Assembly: GCA_016206725.1 (NCBI GenBank)
Contig: JACQRA010000088.1
Coordinates: forward strand, 1,622 to 65,621
Direction of reading: 5' to 3'
DNA: 64,000 bases
DNA from: Candidatus Omnitrophota bacterium
GTDB lineage: Bacteria > Omnitrophota > Gorgyraeia > Aquiviventales > Aquiviventaceae
The translations under genes were made by a program, and so were the position numbers. The notes beneath the pieces were generated by a model. It searched no databases. It saw nothing but the letters and a program-made list of their open reading frames with translations, and was not told where the DNA came from. Positions 55,386 to 64,000 of the stretch are shown here, piece after piece; the stretch's first letter is position 1; each line of letters starts with the position of its first letter.

Positions 55386-56314
55386 ACGTTGGCGTACGTG
55401 TTGCGACGGATCACGTGATAGCCTTTGATCAGTTCGGCGATGCCGTCTTGGAGGGAAACCTTCGGCCGAAAGCCGGTACGCTCGATCTTTTCGTTGCTCA
55501 CGATGTAGTTGCGCTTGTCGGGGTCTTCCCCGATCGCCGCTTCGACGTAGTAGAACGCCGGGAGCTGTTTTTTGATCTCCGCGCACAGCTCCAGCTTGGA
55601 GAGATTGGCATCGCTTAATCCGACGTTGTAGGGCTGCCCGTTCATCTGATCGAAATGCCCGAGGGCATGGAGCAATGCCCTGGCGATATCCCGCACGTGG
55701 ATGTAATTGCGCTTGAAATGTCCTTGGAAGACCACGAGGAATCGATCGGTGAGGGCGCGGTAGACGAAGTCATTGACCAGCAAATCCAGCCGCATGCGGG
55801 GACTGATTCCAAAGGCGGTGGCGAGACGCAGCGTGACACTATGGCCGGCTTCGAGCACGGCCTCTTCCGCCTCGACCTTGAGCTGTCCATAGAGCGAGAC
55901 GGGACGCAGGGGGGTCTGCTCCGTACAATGGAGACCCTCTTGGCCGATGCCATAGCCGCTGTTTGTCGTCGGAAAAATGAGGACTTGTGAACGACTGCGC
56001 AATTCCAGCAGCAATCGAATGGCCTCCAGATTGATCCCGCGAGCCTCGGAGGGCGTGCGATCGCACGCCGGCGCACCGGTCAGGCAGGCCAGCGGCATGA
56101 TCACATCAACCCGTTTCAGTCGATCCGCCACGACGCGGCGATCTCGCACATCAGCTCGAATGATCGTCAGACCGGCCTGATGACAACAGTCAAGCAGCGA
56201 GGTCTGCCCATACATGAAATTGTCGATCACGGCGACGTGATGGCCCTCTTGCAGCAAGAGAGGGACTAAGACCGAACCGATATACCCCGCTCCCCCCGTC
56301 ACCAGAACGTTCAT
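55382..56314 (-). CDS. NAD-dependent epimerase/dehydratase
   Basis: Internal start [18 protein letters not shown] overlap with the upstream gene. Confidence 0.75.
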   Translation of the reverse strand: MNVLVTGGAGYIGSVLVPLLLQEGHHVAVIDNFMYGQTSLLDCCHQAGLTIIRADVRDRRVVADRLKRVDVIMPLACLTGAPACDRTPSEARGINLEAIRLLLELRSRSQVLIFPTTNSGYGIGQEGLHCTEQTPLRPVSLYGQLKVEAEEAVLEAGHSVTLRLATAFGISPRMRLDLLVNDFVYRALTDRFLVVFQGHFKRNYIHVRDIARALLHALGHFDQMNGQPYNVGLSDANLSKLELCAEIKKQLPAFYYVEAAIGEDPDKRNYIVSNEKIERTGFRPKVSLQDGIAELIKGYHVIRRNTYANV

Positions 56315-57255
56315 GAGGTGGCGTCTCCTGCGCCGCTCAGTTCGTGTTCGAGGAACCAGCGATAGGTCTGTTCGATTCCACCGCGTAGATTGGTCCTCGG
56401 CCGCCACCCCATCGCCTGGATCAGCGACGAGTCAAGCCGTTTCTCCGGCGCCCCGTCCGGACGAGAGGCATCCCAGCGGACGGTCCCGCGGAAGCCGACG
56501 ACCTCTGCGATGAGATCCGCCAGCTCGCGGATCGTCCACGACGCCCCCGATCCCACGTTGATGGGGCTGGCCGCCTCATCGTGGTCGAGCAGCAGTGCAC
56601 AGGCTTCCGCCAAGTCATCCGTGAATAAGAACTCGCGTCGCGCCTGCCCGCTGCCCCACAACGTCACCTCGCCACGGCCCTGCTCGGCCGCCTCGTACAA
56701 CTTCCGCAGGAGCGCGGAGAGCACATGGGCATCCTCCGGATCAAACGAATCGCCCGGCCCATAGACCGTCGCGGGGATGACGGTGACGTACCGCGTGCCA
56801 TACTGACGGTTGTACGAGTCGCACAGCGACAATCCCGCCCACTTGGCCATGGCGTAAGGCTCGCTGGTGGGCTCCATCGGTCCGGTCATGAGATGCTCAG
56901 CGCGCATGGGTTGTGGGCAGCGTTTCGGATACATGCAGCTGCTGCCGAAATTCAACAACCGCTTGACCCCGGCCTTCCACGCCCCATGGATCAGATTCAT
57001 TTCCATGATGAGATTCTCGTAGATGAACTCCGCCGGGTAGCGGCGGTTCGCTTCGATGCCGCCGACCCGTCCGGCGGCGATGATCACGACATCGGGATGA
57101 ACCCGCGGCAACCACGTCTCGACCGCCTCCTGGCGGGTCAGATCCACCTCGGCGCGGGTCGCGGTGACCACGGACCACGTCGGCTCTTTGGAGAACCGAC
57201 GCATCAAGGCCGAGCCGACTAAGCCGGTATGTCCTGCGACGTAGAGACGTGGCAT
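56311..57255 (-). CDS. fcl: GDP-L-fucose synthase family 3,5-epimerase/4-reductase (Fcl/WcaG-like)
   Basis: MPRLYVAGHTGLVGSAL start and YAMAK catalytic motif. Length is about 314 aa. Confidence 0.75.
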   Translation of the reverse strand: MPRLYVAGHTGLVGSALMRRFSKEPTWSVVTATRAEVDLTRQEAVETWLPRVHPDVVIIAAGRVGGIEANRRYPAEFIYENLIMEMNLIHGAWKAGVKRLLNFGSSCMYPKRCPQPMRAEHLMTGPMEPTSEPYAMAKWAGLSLCDSYNRQYGTRYVTVIPATVYGPGDSFDPEDAHVLSALLRKLYEAAEQGRGEVTLWGSGQARREFLFTDDLAEACALLLDHDEAASPINVGSGASWTIRELADLIAEVVGFRGTVRWDASRPDGAPEKRLDSSLIQAMGWRPRTNLRGGIEQTYRWFLEHELSGAGDATS

Positions 57256-58619
57256 TGTTGTGCAATCACGGAGGCGGCATCGCGCAAATCGTCCGCCACG
57301 ACATCCGGCGTCAGCGAAGGATCGCCGGCCGCCCGCGCGCCGTAGCCGGTACGCACCAGGACGGTCGTCGCGCCCACCGCTCGACCGAGATCAATGTCGC
57401 ATGCCTTATCGCCGATCACGAAACAGTCCTGCAATTCGAAGCGCAGCTCACGAGCGGCACGCTTCAGCAGGCCAGCCTTCGGTTTGCGACACGCGCACGC
57501 CTCTTGGGGACGATGGGGACAGACATACACGCCGTCAAGGCGGACGCCCTCCGCCTGGAGGAGTTCGCGCATCCGCTGGTGAACCGCTTCCAATCGAGCC
57601 ACGTCGAACATCCCGCGCCCAATCGCGGATTGGTTCGTGATCACCACGAGGCCCAGCCCCATGGCCTGCAGTCGGCGAAGTCCTTCCGCCGCGCCCTCGA
57701 CCAACTCGACCTGGTTCGGATCGGAGAGGTAATGCTTCTCGACGAGGATCGTCCCGTCCCGATCCAGCATGACAAACCGTCGCTTCCTCTTGCCCTCTCC
57801 GACCCTCTCCGGCCTTCTCCGGCCTTCTTGTCTGACAAACGTTTCTGCCATCCGATAACTCTCCGGCGTGCCGATATCCAAAAAGCGCCCGCGGCTGCAG
57901 TAGCCGTACAATCCACGGCCGGCTAATGTCGGAAACACGTCGTGCTCCATCGACACCGGGCCGTCGCTGGGGATGGCCTCGATCACCTGACGACCCAACA
58001 GATAGACGCCCGCGTTGATCCATCCCTCTCCTGCGACGGATTTCTCGTCAAATCCTTGCACGCATCCCGCTCGATCGATCCGCACGCGCCCATACCGACT
58101 GGTGTCAGCCGCCCACATCAACACGATCGACGTGACCGCCCCTCGACGATGATGCCAGCGCCAAAATGCCTGGAGGTCCGCGTCCCAGAAGGCATCACCG
58201 TTCATCGCGAGCACGACGTCGGTCTTGCACAATGGCAGGGCCTGTCGCAACGCCCCCGCGGTTCCCAACGGGGCGGCCTCTTGGGAATACCGCAGTCGCA
58301 TCGGCCCGTAGGAGTCGCCAAAGGCCTGTTGAATCTGCTCGCCGCGATAGCCGGTGCAGAGCACTACGTCCTTGATGCCCGCGGTCTTCAACCGATCGAG
58401 CTGATAACTCAAAAACGGCCGTCCCGCAACCTCCGCCAACGCCTTGGGACGACCGGGAAGCTGCGCGCGTAATCGCATCCCTAGTCCGCCGACCAAGATG
58501 GCCGCCGTCACCGAGCACAGATTCGTCTCAGTTCCTGAGTCACGTAACCACTTTGCCACTGAGTCACCTTGCCACTTAGCCACTTCTTTGGAGGGCGTTC
58601 GCGAGTTGTTGAACCACAT
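57219..58619 (-). CDS. bifunctional sugar-1-phosphate nucleotidyltransferase / GmhB-like HAD phosphatase (second copy)
   Basis: ILVGGLGMRLRAQLPGRPKAL nucleotidyltransferase motif. C-terminal MLDRDGTIL ... CRKPKAGL HAD motifs. The exact start is uncertain. Confidence 0.7.
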   Translation of the reverse strand: MWFNNSRTPSKEVAKWQGDSVAKWLRDSGTETNLCSVTAAILVGGLGMRLRAQLPGRPKALAEVAGRPFLSYQLDRLKTAGIKDVVLCTGYRGEQIQQAFGDSYGPMRLRYSQEAAPLGTAGALRQALPLCKTDVVLAMNGDAFWDADLQAFWRWHHRRGAVTSIVLMWAADTSRYGRVRIDRAGCVQGFDEKSVAGEGWINAGVYLLGRQVIEAIPSDGPVSMEHDVFPTLAGRGLYGYCSRGRFLDIGTPESYRMAETFVRQEGRRRPERVGEGKRKRRFVMLDRDGTILVEKHYLSDPNQVELVEGAAEGLRRLQAMGLGLVVITNQSAIGRGMFDVARLEAVHQRMRELLQAEGVRLDGVYVCPHRPQEACACRKPKAGLLKRAARELRFELQDCFVIGDKACDIDLGRAVGATTVLVRTGYGARAAGDPSLTPDVVADDLRDAASVIAQQCHVSTSQDIPA

Positions 58620-59745
58620 CGTTGATTTGGACGGCAGTCAGCTCAGGATACATGGGCAGCGAGAGGACTTCAGCCGCGGCGCGACGAGCCGTGGGGCATA
58701 CGCTCACCGACCGAGCCCGACGGCGCAGCGCCGGCTGCTCCGGCAAGATGGATGGATACGCCACTTGGGTCGAGATGCCGGCAGCCTCAAGTGCCTGTTG
58801 GACACGGTCTCGATCCGCCACGCGAATCGTATAGAGATGGTAGACATGTTCGCAACCTGCGCGCTCCCCCGGGAGCTCCACGTGCGTCAGATGCTGCTGC
58901 TCAATCGCCTGGGCGTAGGCGAGGGCATGACGTCGTCGAGCCAGATTCCACTCATCCAAATGCCGCAGCTTGATCCTCACAATCGCCGCCTGCATCTCAT
59001 CTAACCGGCTGTTTCTCCCCAGCACGTCGTGATGGTATCGCTGCACGCTTCCATGGGCGCGCAGCAAGCGAACCTGCCGTGCGCAGACCTCGTCATTGGT
59101 GAGCACCATCCCTCCGTCACCGTAGGCACCGAGGTTCTTGCTCGGGTAAAAACTCACGATGGCGGCGTCGCCGAATGACCCCACCAGCTTACCCCGACAC
59201 CGCGCGCCGATGGCCTGGGCGCAATCTTCGAGGACCAGCAGGCGATGACGGCGGGCGAGGGCGAGGATCGGCTCCATGTCACACGGATGCCCGAAGAGAT
59301 GCACTGGAATGATCGCTTTGGTCTTCGAGGTGATGGCGTCGACCGCCTGCCCCGGGTCCAGTGCGAAGGTCTGGGCATCAATATCCACGAAGACCGGTGT
59401 GGCCCCCACCGCAACGACCGCCTCTGCCGCCGCGATAAACGAAAAGGCGCTGGTGATCACCTCATCGCCGCGCCCGATCCCCCAGGCGCGCAACGCCAAC
59501 TCCAGCGCATCGGTCCCGGAGGCCACCCCCACCGCGTAGCGCGTCCCGCAATACGCCGCGACCTCGCGCTCGAGCGCCTCCACCTCGGGACCGAGGATGA
59601 ATTGGCCGCGATCCAACACCTGCTGAATCGCGCCGTCGATCTCGCCCTTCATGGCGCGGTATTGCGCCACGAGATCAATCAACGGGACGGGCACGGAACC
59701 ACTCCACGGTACGGCGCAACCCTTCAGTAAATCCCACGTGGCCAT
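58576..59745 (-). CDS. DegT/DnrJ/EryC1/StrS sugar aminotransferase
   Basis: PLIDLVAQY ... GDEVITSAFSFIAAAEAV ... SFYPSKNLGAYGDGG. The exact start is uncertain. Confidence 0.8.
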   Translation of the reverse strand: MATWDLLKGCAVPWSGSVPVPLIDLVAQYRAMKGEIDGAIQQVLDRGQFILGPEVEALEREVAAYCGTRYAVGVASGTDALELALRAWGIGRGDEVITSAFSFIAAAEAVVAVGATPVFVDIDAQTFALDPGQAVDAITSKTKAIIPVHLFGHPCDMEPILALARRHRLLVLEDCAQAIGARCRGKLVGSFGDAAIVSFYPSKNLGAYGDGGMVLTNDEVCARQVRLLRAHGSVQRYHHDVLGRNSRLDEMQAAIVRIKLRHLDEWNLARRRHALAYAQAIEQQHLTHVELPGERAGCEHVYHLYTIRVADRDRVQQALEAAGISTQVAYPSILPEQPALRRRARSVSVCPTARRAAAEVLSLPMYPELTAVQINDVVQQLANALQRSG

Positions 59746-60616
59746 TCCAACTTAACCGTCGCTTCGCGTGGGAGGGATCGGCCAGTGTCCGTCGCATGTC
59801 GCCGGGCCGAGCGGGTTGAAAGGCGGGGGGGACGGAGGTCCCCACGATGTCATGGAGTTCCTGCAGCAACTCCAGCACGCTGTGCTCCTCGCCGAGCGCG
59901 ACGTTGAACACCTCCCCGCTGAGGTCGGGGACCCTGGCCGCCAAGAGCGTGGCCTCGACCACATTCTCCACATAGGTGAAGTCACGGGATTGCCGGCCGT
60001 CACCATAGATCGGGGGTGATTCGCCGCGAAGCAGGCAGGTGATAAATTTGGGGACCACGACGGCATACTCGTTCTCCAGACTCTGTCGCGGCCCGAAGAC
60101 GTTGAAGTATCGCACACAGACGGTCGGAAGACCATAGCTGCGCGCAAACATCCCGCACATCATCTCCGCCGCCAGTTTGGAGGCGGCATAGGGAGAGATC
60201 GGACGGGTCGGCTGATCTTCTCGCAACGGCATCTGGTCCGTGTCCCCGTAGACCGAGCTGGAAGACACGCCCACCACGCGCTTGACCTTCGCCTGCGCCG
60301 CAGCTTCCAACACGTTGATGGTTCCAACGACGTTGACCTCGGCATACCCTGCGGGGTCGCGCATCGATTTCGGAACGCTGCGCAGCGCGGCTTCATGAAT
60401 GACGGCATCGACCCCGAGGCAGGCGCGCGCCGTGACCTCCCGATCGCGCACGTCGCCCTCGATGAATTCCAGGCGGGCACGCACCGGCTGCAGATTGTCC
60501 AACCGTCCCGTGGAGAGATTGTCGAGGACGCGCACCGCGTGGCCGTCCTTCACCAGACGGTCAACGACATGCGAACCGATGAACCCCGCCCCGCCCGTCA
60601 CGAGATAGCGCGCCAT
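59675..60616 (-). CDS. UDP-sugar 4-epimerase (WbpP/TviC-like)
   Basis: Real start [16 protein letters not shown] at 60616. The table ORF begins at a TTG at 60667 by reading through the intergenic palindrome. Confidence 0.75.
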   Translation of the reverse strand: MARYLVTGGAGFIGSHVVDRLVKDGHAVRVLDNLSTGRLDNLQPVRARLEFIEGDVRDREVTARACLGVDAVIHEAALRSVPKSMRDPAGYAEVNVVGTINVLEAAAQAKVKRVVGVSSSSVYGDTDQMPLREDQPTRPISPYAASKLAAEMMCGMFARSYGLPTVCVRYFNVFGPRQSLENEYAVVVPKFITCLLRGESPPIYGDGRQSRDFTYVENVVEATLLAARVPDLSGEVFNVALGEEHSVLELLQELHDIVGTSVPPAFQPARPGDMRRTLADPSHAKRRLSWNGHVGFTEGLRRTVEWFRARPVD

Positions 60617-60627
60617 CAGAACAAATC

Positions 60628-60665
60628 GGGGACACAAACAAATTTCCAAATTTGTTTGTGTCCCC
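60628..60665. repeat. perfect 38-nt AT-rich palindrome GGGGACACAAACAAATTTCCAAATTTGTTTGTGTCCCC (stem about 16-18 bp) in the dehydrogenase-epimerase spacer
   Basis: Read directly. The arms are exact reverse complements. The reading is consistent with the ORF-table translation across it (GTQTNLEICLCP). Confidence 0.8.
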
Positions 60666-60707
60666 AATCTCCCGCTCCACCGGTCACGAGGTATCGGGGC
60701 ATCGCCG

Positions 60708-62051
60708 TCACAGGCTGATCAACCGGGCTGGCCGTTCGGTCAGATGGCGGTAGTGGTTACGGGTGTCGAGAAGCAACGACGCGTGGCGCAGGACACCGTC
60801 GTAGTCCACATTGGAGTGATCGGTGAGAATCGCCACGCAGTCGCTGCGTTTCAATTCATCAGGCGTGAGCGCCACGGAGCACGCCCTCAAGCCATTCAGA
60901 CAGGCCGTGGGCACATAGGGATCGTGGTAGACGACCTGCGCGCCCCGCTCGGAGAGCGCCTGGGCAATCTCAAACGCGGGGGAGTCGCGTGTGTCATTGA
61001 CGTCCTTCTTGTACGCGAGGCCGATGAGCAGAATCCGTGAGCCGTTGAGCGCTTTCTTGCGACCGTTCAGGGCGCGGTTGATCTTTTCCACGACGTAATG
61101 AGGCATCGAGTGGTTTAATTGATCCGCCAGCTCGATGAACCGCGCCTCAAACCCATGGACGCGCGCCTTCCACGCCAAGTACATCGGGTCCGCTGGGATA
61201 CAATGTCCCCCGATGCCGGGACCGGGATAAAACGGCATGAAGCCAAATGGCTTGGTCTTGGCGGCCTCGATCACCTCCCACACATCGAGCCCTAGCTTAT
61301 CGCACATCAGCGCGATTTCGTTGACGAGGCCGATGTTGACCGCGCGGAAGGTGTTCTCCAAGAGCTTCACCATCTCGGCGACCTTCGTCGAGGAGACCGG
61401 CACGACGGTGCGAATGATTTGGCTGTAGAGCAAGACGGCGAGCCGCTGGCAGGTTGGTGTGACACCCCCCACGACTTTAGGGATCGTCCGCGTGGTGTGG
61501 CGCGTATTCCCCGGATCAATGCGCTCCGGGGAAAACGCCAGCGCGAAATCGCGCCCCACCTTCAGACCCTTAGCTTCCAGCATCGGCAAGATGACTTCGT
61601 CGGTCGTGCCCGGGTAGGTGGTGCTCTCCAAGACGATGAGTTGACCTCGCCGCAGCGACGTGGCAATCGCCTGTCCCGCGGACAAAATAAACGACATATC
61701 CGGCTCCCGGGTTTTCCGCAAGGGGGTGGGCACGCAGATGATGATCGCATCGCAGGAAGACAGCGCGCGGAATTCGGCTGAGGCCGACAGGCGCTTGGTG
61801 CGTGCGAGCTGGATGAGGTCGTCGCTGGGGACATCGGGGATGTACGACCGACCGCGATTGACGCCCTCGATCCGGCTCGAATCCAGATCAAAGCCGAGGA
61901 CCGTCAATCCCTCTTTGGCAAACTCCACCGCCAAGGGCAATCCGACATAGCCCAAGCCGATGACACCTACGCGAGCGGTCTTGGCGCGAATCCGCTTGGC
62001 TAATTGATCCAGTGACGCGCTCTGAGATACGCGTGCAACGCCTCGTCCCAT
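60708..62051 (-). CDS. nucleotide-sugar 6-dehydrogenase (UDP-glucose/UDP-GlcNAc dehydrogenase family; WbpO/TviB-like)
   Basis: VGVIGLGYVGLPLA N-terminus and the catalytic Cys region GGHCIP. 447 aa. Confidence 0.8.
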   Translation of the reverse strand: MGRGVARVSQSASLDQLAKRIRAKTARVGVIGLGYVGLPLAVEFAKEGLTVLGFDLDSSRIEGVNRGRSYIPDVPSDDLIQLARTKRLSASAEFRALSSCDAIIICVPTPLRKTREPDMSFILSAGQAIATSLRRGQLIVLESTTYPGTTDEVILPMLEAKGLKVGRDFALAFSPERIDPGNTRHTTRTIPKVVGGVTPTCQRLAVLLYSQIIRTVVPVSSTKVAEMVKLLENTFRAVNIGLVNEIALMCDKLGLDVWEVIEAAKTKPFGFMPFYPGPGIGGHCIPADPMYLAWKARVHGFEARFIELADQLNHSMPHYVVEKINRALNGRKKALNGSRILLIGLAYKKDVNDTRDSPAFEIAQALSERGAQVVYHDPYVPTACLNGLRACSVALTPDELKRSDCVAILTDHSNVDYDGVLRHASLLLDTRNHYRHLTERPARLISL

Positions 62052-62902
62052 GGTCGCAGTCCTTTTCCAATGAGGCCGTCAAGATACCGGCTCGTGAGCA
62101 CTGAATTCGCCGGCCGCGGGGCTGGGCGGCGTTGTTCGGCCATCCGAATCGGCGTCACCAATGCTGCTGGACGTCCGAGCCATTCCACCACTCGGGATGC
62201 GAACTCGACGCGCGAACATCCCCCCGCGTTGGTCATGTGATAGATGGGTGACGTCGGCGGCGAGCGCCGCTGCGCCAGGACCGAGATGAGCCGGCCAATC
62301 CCGTCCGCCAAATCCTCGGTATACGTCGGAGACGTGCGCTGATCGGTGTACGCGTGGATCGCCTGCCCCTGCTGCGCGCGCTCGACAATCGCGTCGCAGA
62401 AATTCATCCGTCCGCACCCAAAGAGCGTGCTGGGCCGAATCACATAGGTGTGCGGATGCCGTAAGGCTACCCGTTCGCCGTCCAGCTTGCTCCGGCCATA
62501 CACGCTGACGGGATGGGGTTCATCCGCTTCATCGTACGGGCTCGCCTTGGTGCCGTCGAACACATAGTCGGTGCTGAGCGCGATGACCGGCGTCACTCGA
62601 GCGCGCAGGGCGTGGCAGAGGTGCTCGACGGTCCGCACATTCATTCCATACGCCAGCTCCGGCTCGAGCTCGCATCGATCCACGTCCGACAACGCCTGCG
62701 TGTGCACTACGACATCGGGAGCCGTCTCTCGGACCGCCCGCCGGGCGGCCTGCGCATCGGTCAGATCGCACACGACGTGCGCCGATTCGCCCGGCATCTG
62801 GACGTCGTGCCGAGACAGACCGACGACCTCACCGCTCAACGCGAGCCGTTTGACCAGGGCTTGCCCCAGCAGCCCGGTTGAGCCAGTGATAAGGATCGTC
62901 AT
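62000..62902 (-). CDS. rmlD: dTDP-4-dehydrorhamnose reductase
   Basis: MTILITGSTGLLGQAL start, STDYVFDG motif and YGRSK catalytic motif. 300 aa. Confidence 0.8.
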   Translation of the reverse strand: MTILITGSTGLLGQALVKRLALSGEVVGLSRHDVQMPGESAHVVCDLTDAQAARRAVRETAPDVVVHTQALSDVDRCELEPELAYGMNVRTVEHLCHALRARVTPVIALSTDYVFDGTKASPYDEADEPHPVSVYGRSKLDGERVALRHPHTYVIRPSTLFGCGRMNFCDAIVERAQQGQAIHAYTDQRTSPTYTEDLADGIGRLISVLAQRRSPPTSPIYHMTNAGGCSRVEFASRVVEWLGRPAALVTPIRMAEQRRPAPRPANSVLTSRYLDGLIGKGLRPWDEALHAYLRARHWIN

Positions 62903-63863
62903 GGAGTCGGTCTTTCAACGGTTGCCACCAGGCCGGCTGGCCGCGATACCACTCGATGGTACGCTGCAATCCGTCCTCAAACGACACCTGGGGCGCCCAC
63001 CCCAACGCGCGCAGGCGCCGATCGTCCAGCGCATAGCGCCGGTCGTGCCCGGGGCGGTCCTCAACACGCCTCAGGAGGCTCTCCGGTTTGCCCAAGACCC
63101 TCAGGATCGCGCGGGCCACCTCCAGGTTCGGAAATTCCGAACCGCTGCCCACGTTGTAGATCGAGCCGACCTCCCCGCGCTGGATGATGAGCTCGATGGC
63201 CCGGCACAGATCCTCGATGAAGAGCCAGGCCCTCCGTTGCTGCCCGTCGCCGTAAATCGGCAGTGGGGCGTCGCGGAGCGCGTTGGTGATGGACAACGGG
63301 ATGAATTTTTCCGGAAACTGGCTTGGTCCAAAGACGTTGGTCGGACGCACCACGACCGTTGGCAGGCCGTAGGTCGCCCAAAAGGCCTGCACCAGGAGAT
63401 CGCCGGCCGCTTTGCTCGCCGCGTACGGGCTGCGAGGATTCAGCCGTGCGTCTTCCGTCGGACTCCCCTCCAGAATGGGACCGTAGACCTCATCCGTGCT
63501 GACATGGAGAAACCGCCTGACGCCGAGTTCCATGGCGGCCTGGAGGAGGACCCGCGTGCCTTCGACATTGGTGCGGAGGAACGGCGCCGCGTTGGTGATC
63601 GATCGGTCCACATGGGTCTCGGCGGCGAAATGCACGACGGCCTCGCACCCCTCCATGGCCCGCTTCACGGTGGAGACCTCGCAGATGTCGCCCTGGACAA
63701 AGCGATGCCGAGGATCGCCGCCAATCTCCTCAAGGCGGCTCCGCAACCCGGCATAGGTCAGCAGGTCGAGCGTCACCACCGCATCATCAGGATGGCGGGT
63801 GAGCCAATGCCGCACGAACTGCGATCCGATAAAGCCCGCCCCACCCGTTACGAGAAGTCTCAT
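62829..63863 (-). CDS. rmlB: dTDP-glucose 4,6-dehydratase
   Basis: [14 protein letters not shown] start, VSTDEVYG and YAASKAAGD motifs. Confidence 0.85.
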   Translation of the reverse strand: MRLLVTGGAGFIGSQFVRHWLTRHPDDAVVTLDLLTYAGLRSRLEEIGGDPRHRFVQGDICEVSTVKRAMEGCEAVVHFAAETHVDRSITNAAPFLRTNVEGTRVLLQAAMELGVRRFLHVSTDEVYGPILEGSPTEDARLNPRSPYAASKAAGDLLVQAFWATYGLPTVVVRPTNVFGPSQFPEKFIPLSITNALRDAPLPIYGDGQQRRAWLFIEDLCRAIELIIQRGEVGSIYNVGSGSEFPNLEVARAILRVLGKPESLLRRVEDRPGHDRRYALDDRRLRALGWAPQVSFEDGLQRTIEWYRGQPAWWQPLKDRLHDDPYHWLNRAAGASPGQTARVER

Positions 63864-63885
63864 CAATTCGCAATCCGCACGAAAG

Positions 63886-64000
63886 TCATGTACTCACCGA
63901 CACTGGATGAGTGTGTCCTTGTCGTTTGAGCGCCTGCTCGCGCACTAAGGTCGTCGCCCGGTAGAGCGTCTCCGGCAGACCGGCGTCCGTCCACCAGCCC
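63886..64000 (-). CDS. rmlA: glucose-1-phosphate thymidylyltransferase, C-terminal fragment (N-terminus beyond window)
   Basis: The minus-frame tail ...GWWTDAGLPETLYRATTLVREQALKRQGHTHPVSVST* resembles the RmlA C-terminus (W.DTG...L..A...V...EKRQG). It is absent from the ORF table because it is edge-truncated. Confidence 0.5.
   Translation of the reverse strand, partial: GWWTDAGLPETLYRATTLVREQALKRQGHTHPVSVST

Noticed and set aside
60628-60665. The palindrome read as a rho-independent terminator
   Set aside because: There is no U-rich tract on either strand after the stem. It lies inside an operon, 11 nt before a start codon.
1-64000. CRISPR arrays, tRNA/rRNA genes, transposases, integrases or phage genes
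   Set aside because: No direct-repeat/spacer periodicity, no cloverleaf-like conserved tRNA boxes and no DDE/tyrosine recombinase-like ORFs were recognised. The window is contiguous biosynthetic genes.

Overview
This 64 kb, roughly 65% GC window is almost entirely one co-directional minus-strand glycan-precursor biosynthesis super-locus. It has about 60 genes, many joined by ATGA or TGATG stop/start overlaps. Every long plus-strand ORF in the six-frame track is antisense to a homology-supported minus-strand gene. Transcription appears to run from about 64000 down to 47516 (unit A), then from a promoter/operator region at 47384-47515 down to position 1 (unit B).

Unit A contains:
- an rmlA fragment, rmlB and rmlD;
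- a WbpO/TviB-like sugar dehydrogenase, then after an AT-rich perfect palindrome a WbpP/TviC-like 4-epimerase;
- a DegT aminotransferase, a nucleotidyltransferase-GmhB fusion, an Fcl-like epimerase/reductase, an epimerase, UXS and a GT-C glycosyltransferase;
- a B12-radical SAM, a small TM ORF, a TagF-like transferase, an LtaS/sulfatase-like protein and a small membrane protein.

Unit B contains:
- a wHTH regulator, a DegT aminotransferase, a ThDP E1 alpha/beta pair and a UbiA decaprenyl-phosphate phosphoribosyltransferase-like gene;
- a second B12-radical SAM and a second GHMP (HddA-like) kinase;
- an epimerase, a reversed-order HldE-like kinase/nucleotidyltransferase, an epimerase, a DegT aminotransferase, a dehydratase, a methyltransferase and a Zn-ADH;
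- two small membrane proteins and a GT2-ABC exporter fusion;
- GmhA, an HddC-GmhB fusion, an epimerase, an O-methyltransferase, an RmlC-like cupin, an HddA-like kinase, an RmlD-like reductase and an Rpe-like epimerase;
- a 45-aa CxxxCxxC ORF with a perfect GAGGAGG RBS, an epimerase, and a GNAT-DegT fusion broken by an in-frame TAG;
- a GT2, a TylF-like methyltransferase, a large membrane protein, a Gfo/Idh/MocA oxidoreductase, a CmcI-like methyltransferase and a second Gfo/Idh/MocA oxidoreductase;
- ATP sulfurylase and a pyruvate-kinase homolog;
- finally an acetamidino-nonulosonic-acid module: Gfo/Idh/MocA, NeuA, SDR, NeuB, NeuC, HisF-like, HisH-like, a WbpG-like amidotransferase, a CBS-nucleotidyltransferase and a dehydratase.

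No rRNA, tRNA, CRISPR or transposase was recognised.

The locus is novel as a composite rather than through any single gene. At least six activated-sugar routes sit in one operon array:
- dTDP-6-deoxyhexose;
- GDP-heptose, with two heptose-activation modules, plus an ADP-heptose/CDP-like route;
- UDP-uronic acid and UDP-xylose;
- a legionaminic-acid-like CMP-nonulosonate;
- polyprenyl-phospho-pentose;
- glycerol-phosphate.

It carries several unusual fusions and gene contexts (GT2-ABC, GNAT-aminotransferase, PK+Sat), and it has very few classical Leloir glycosyltransferases.
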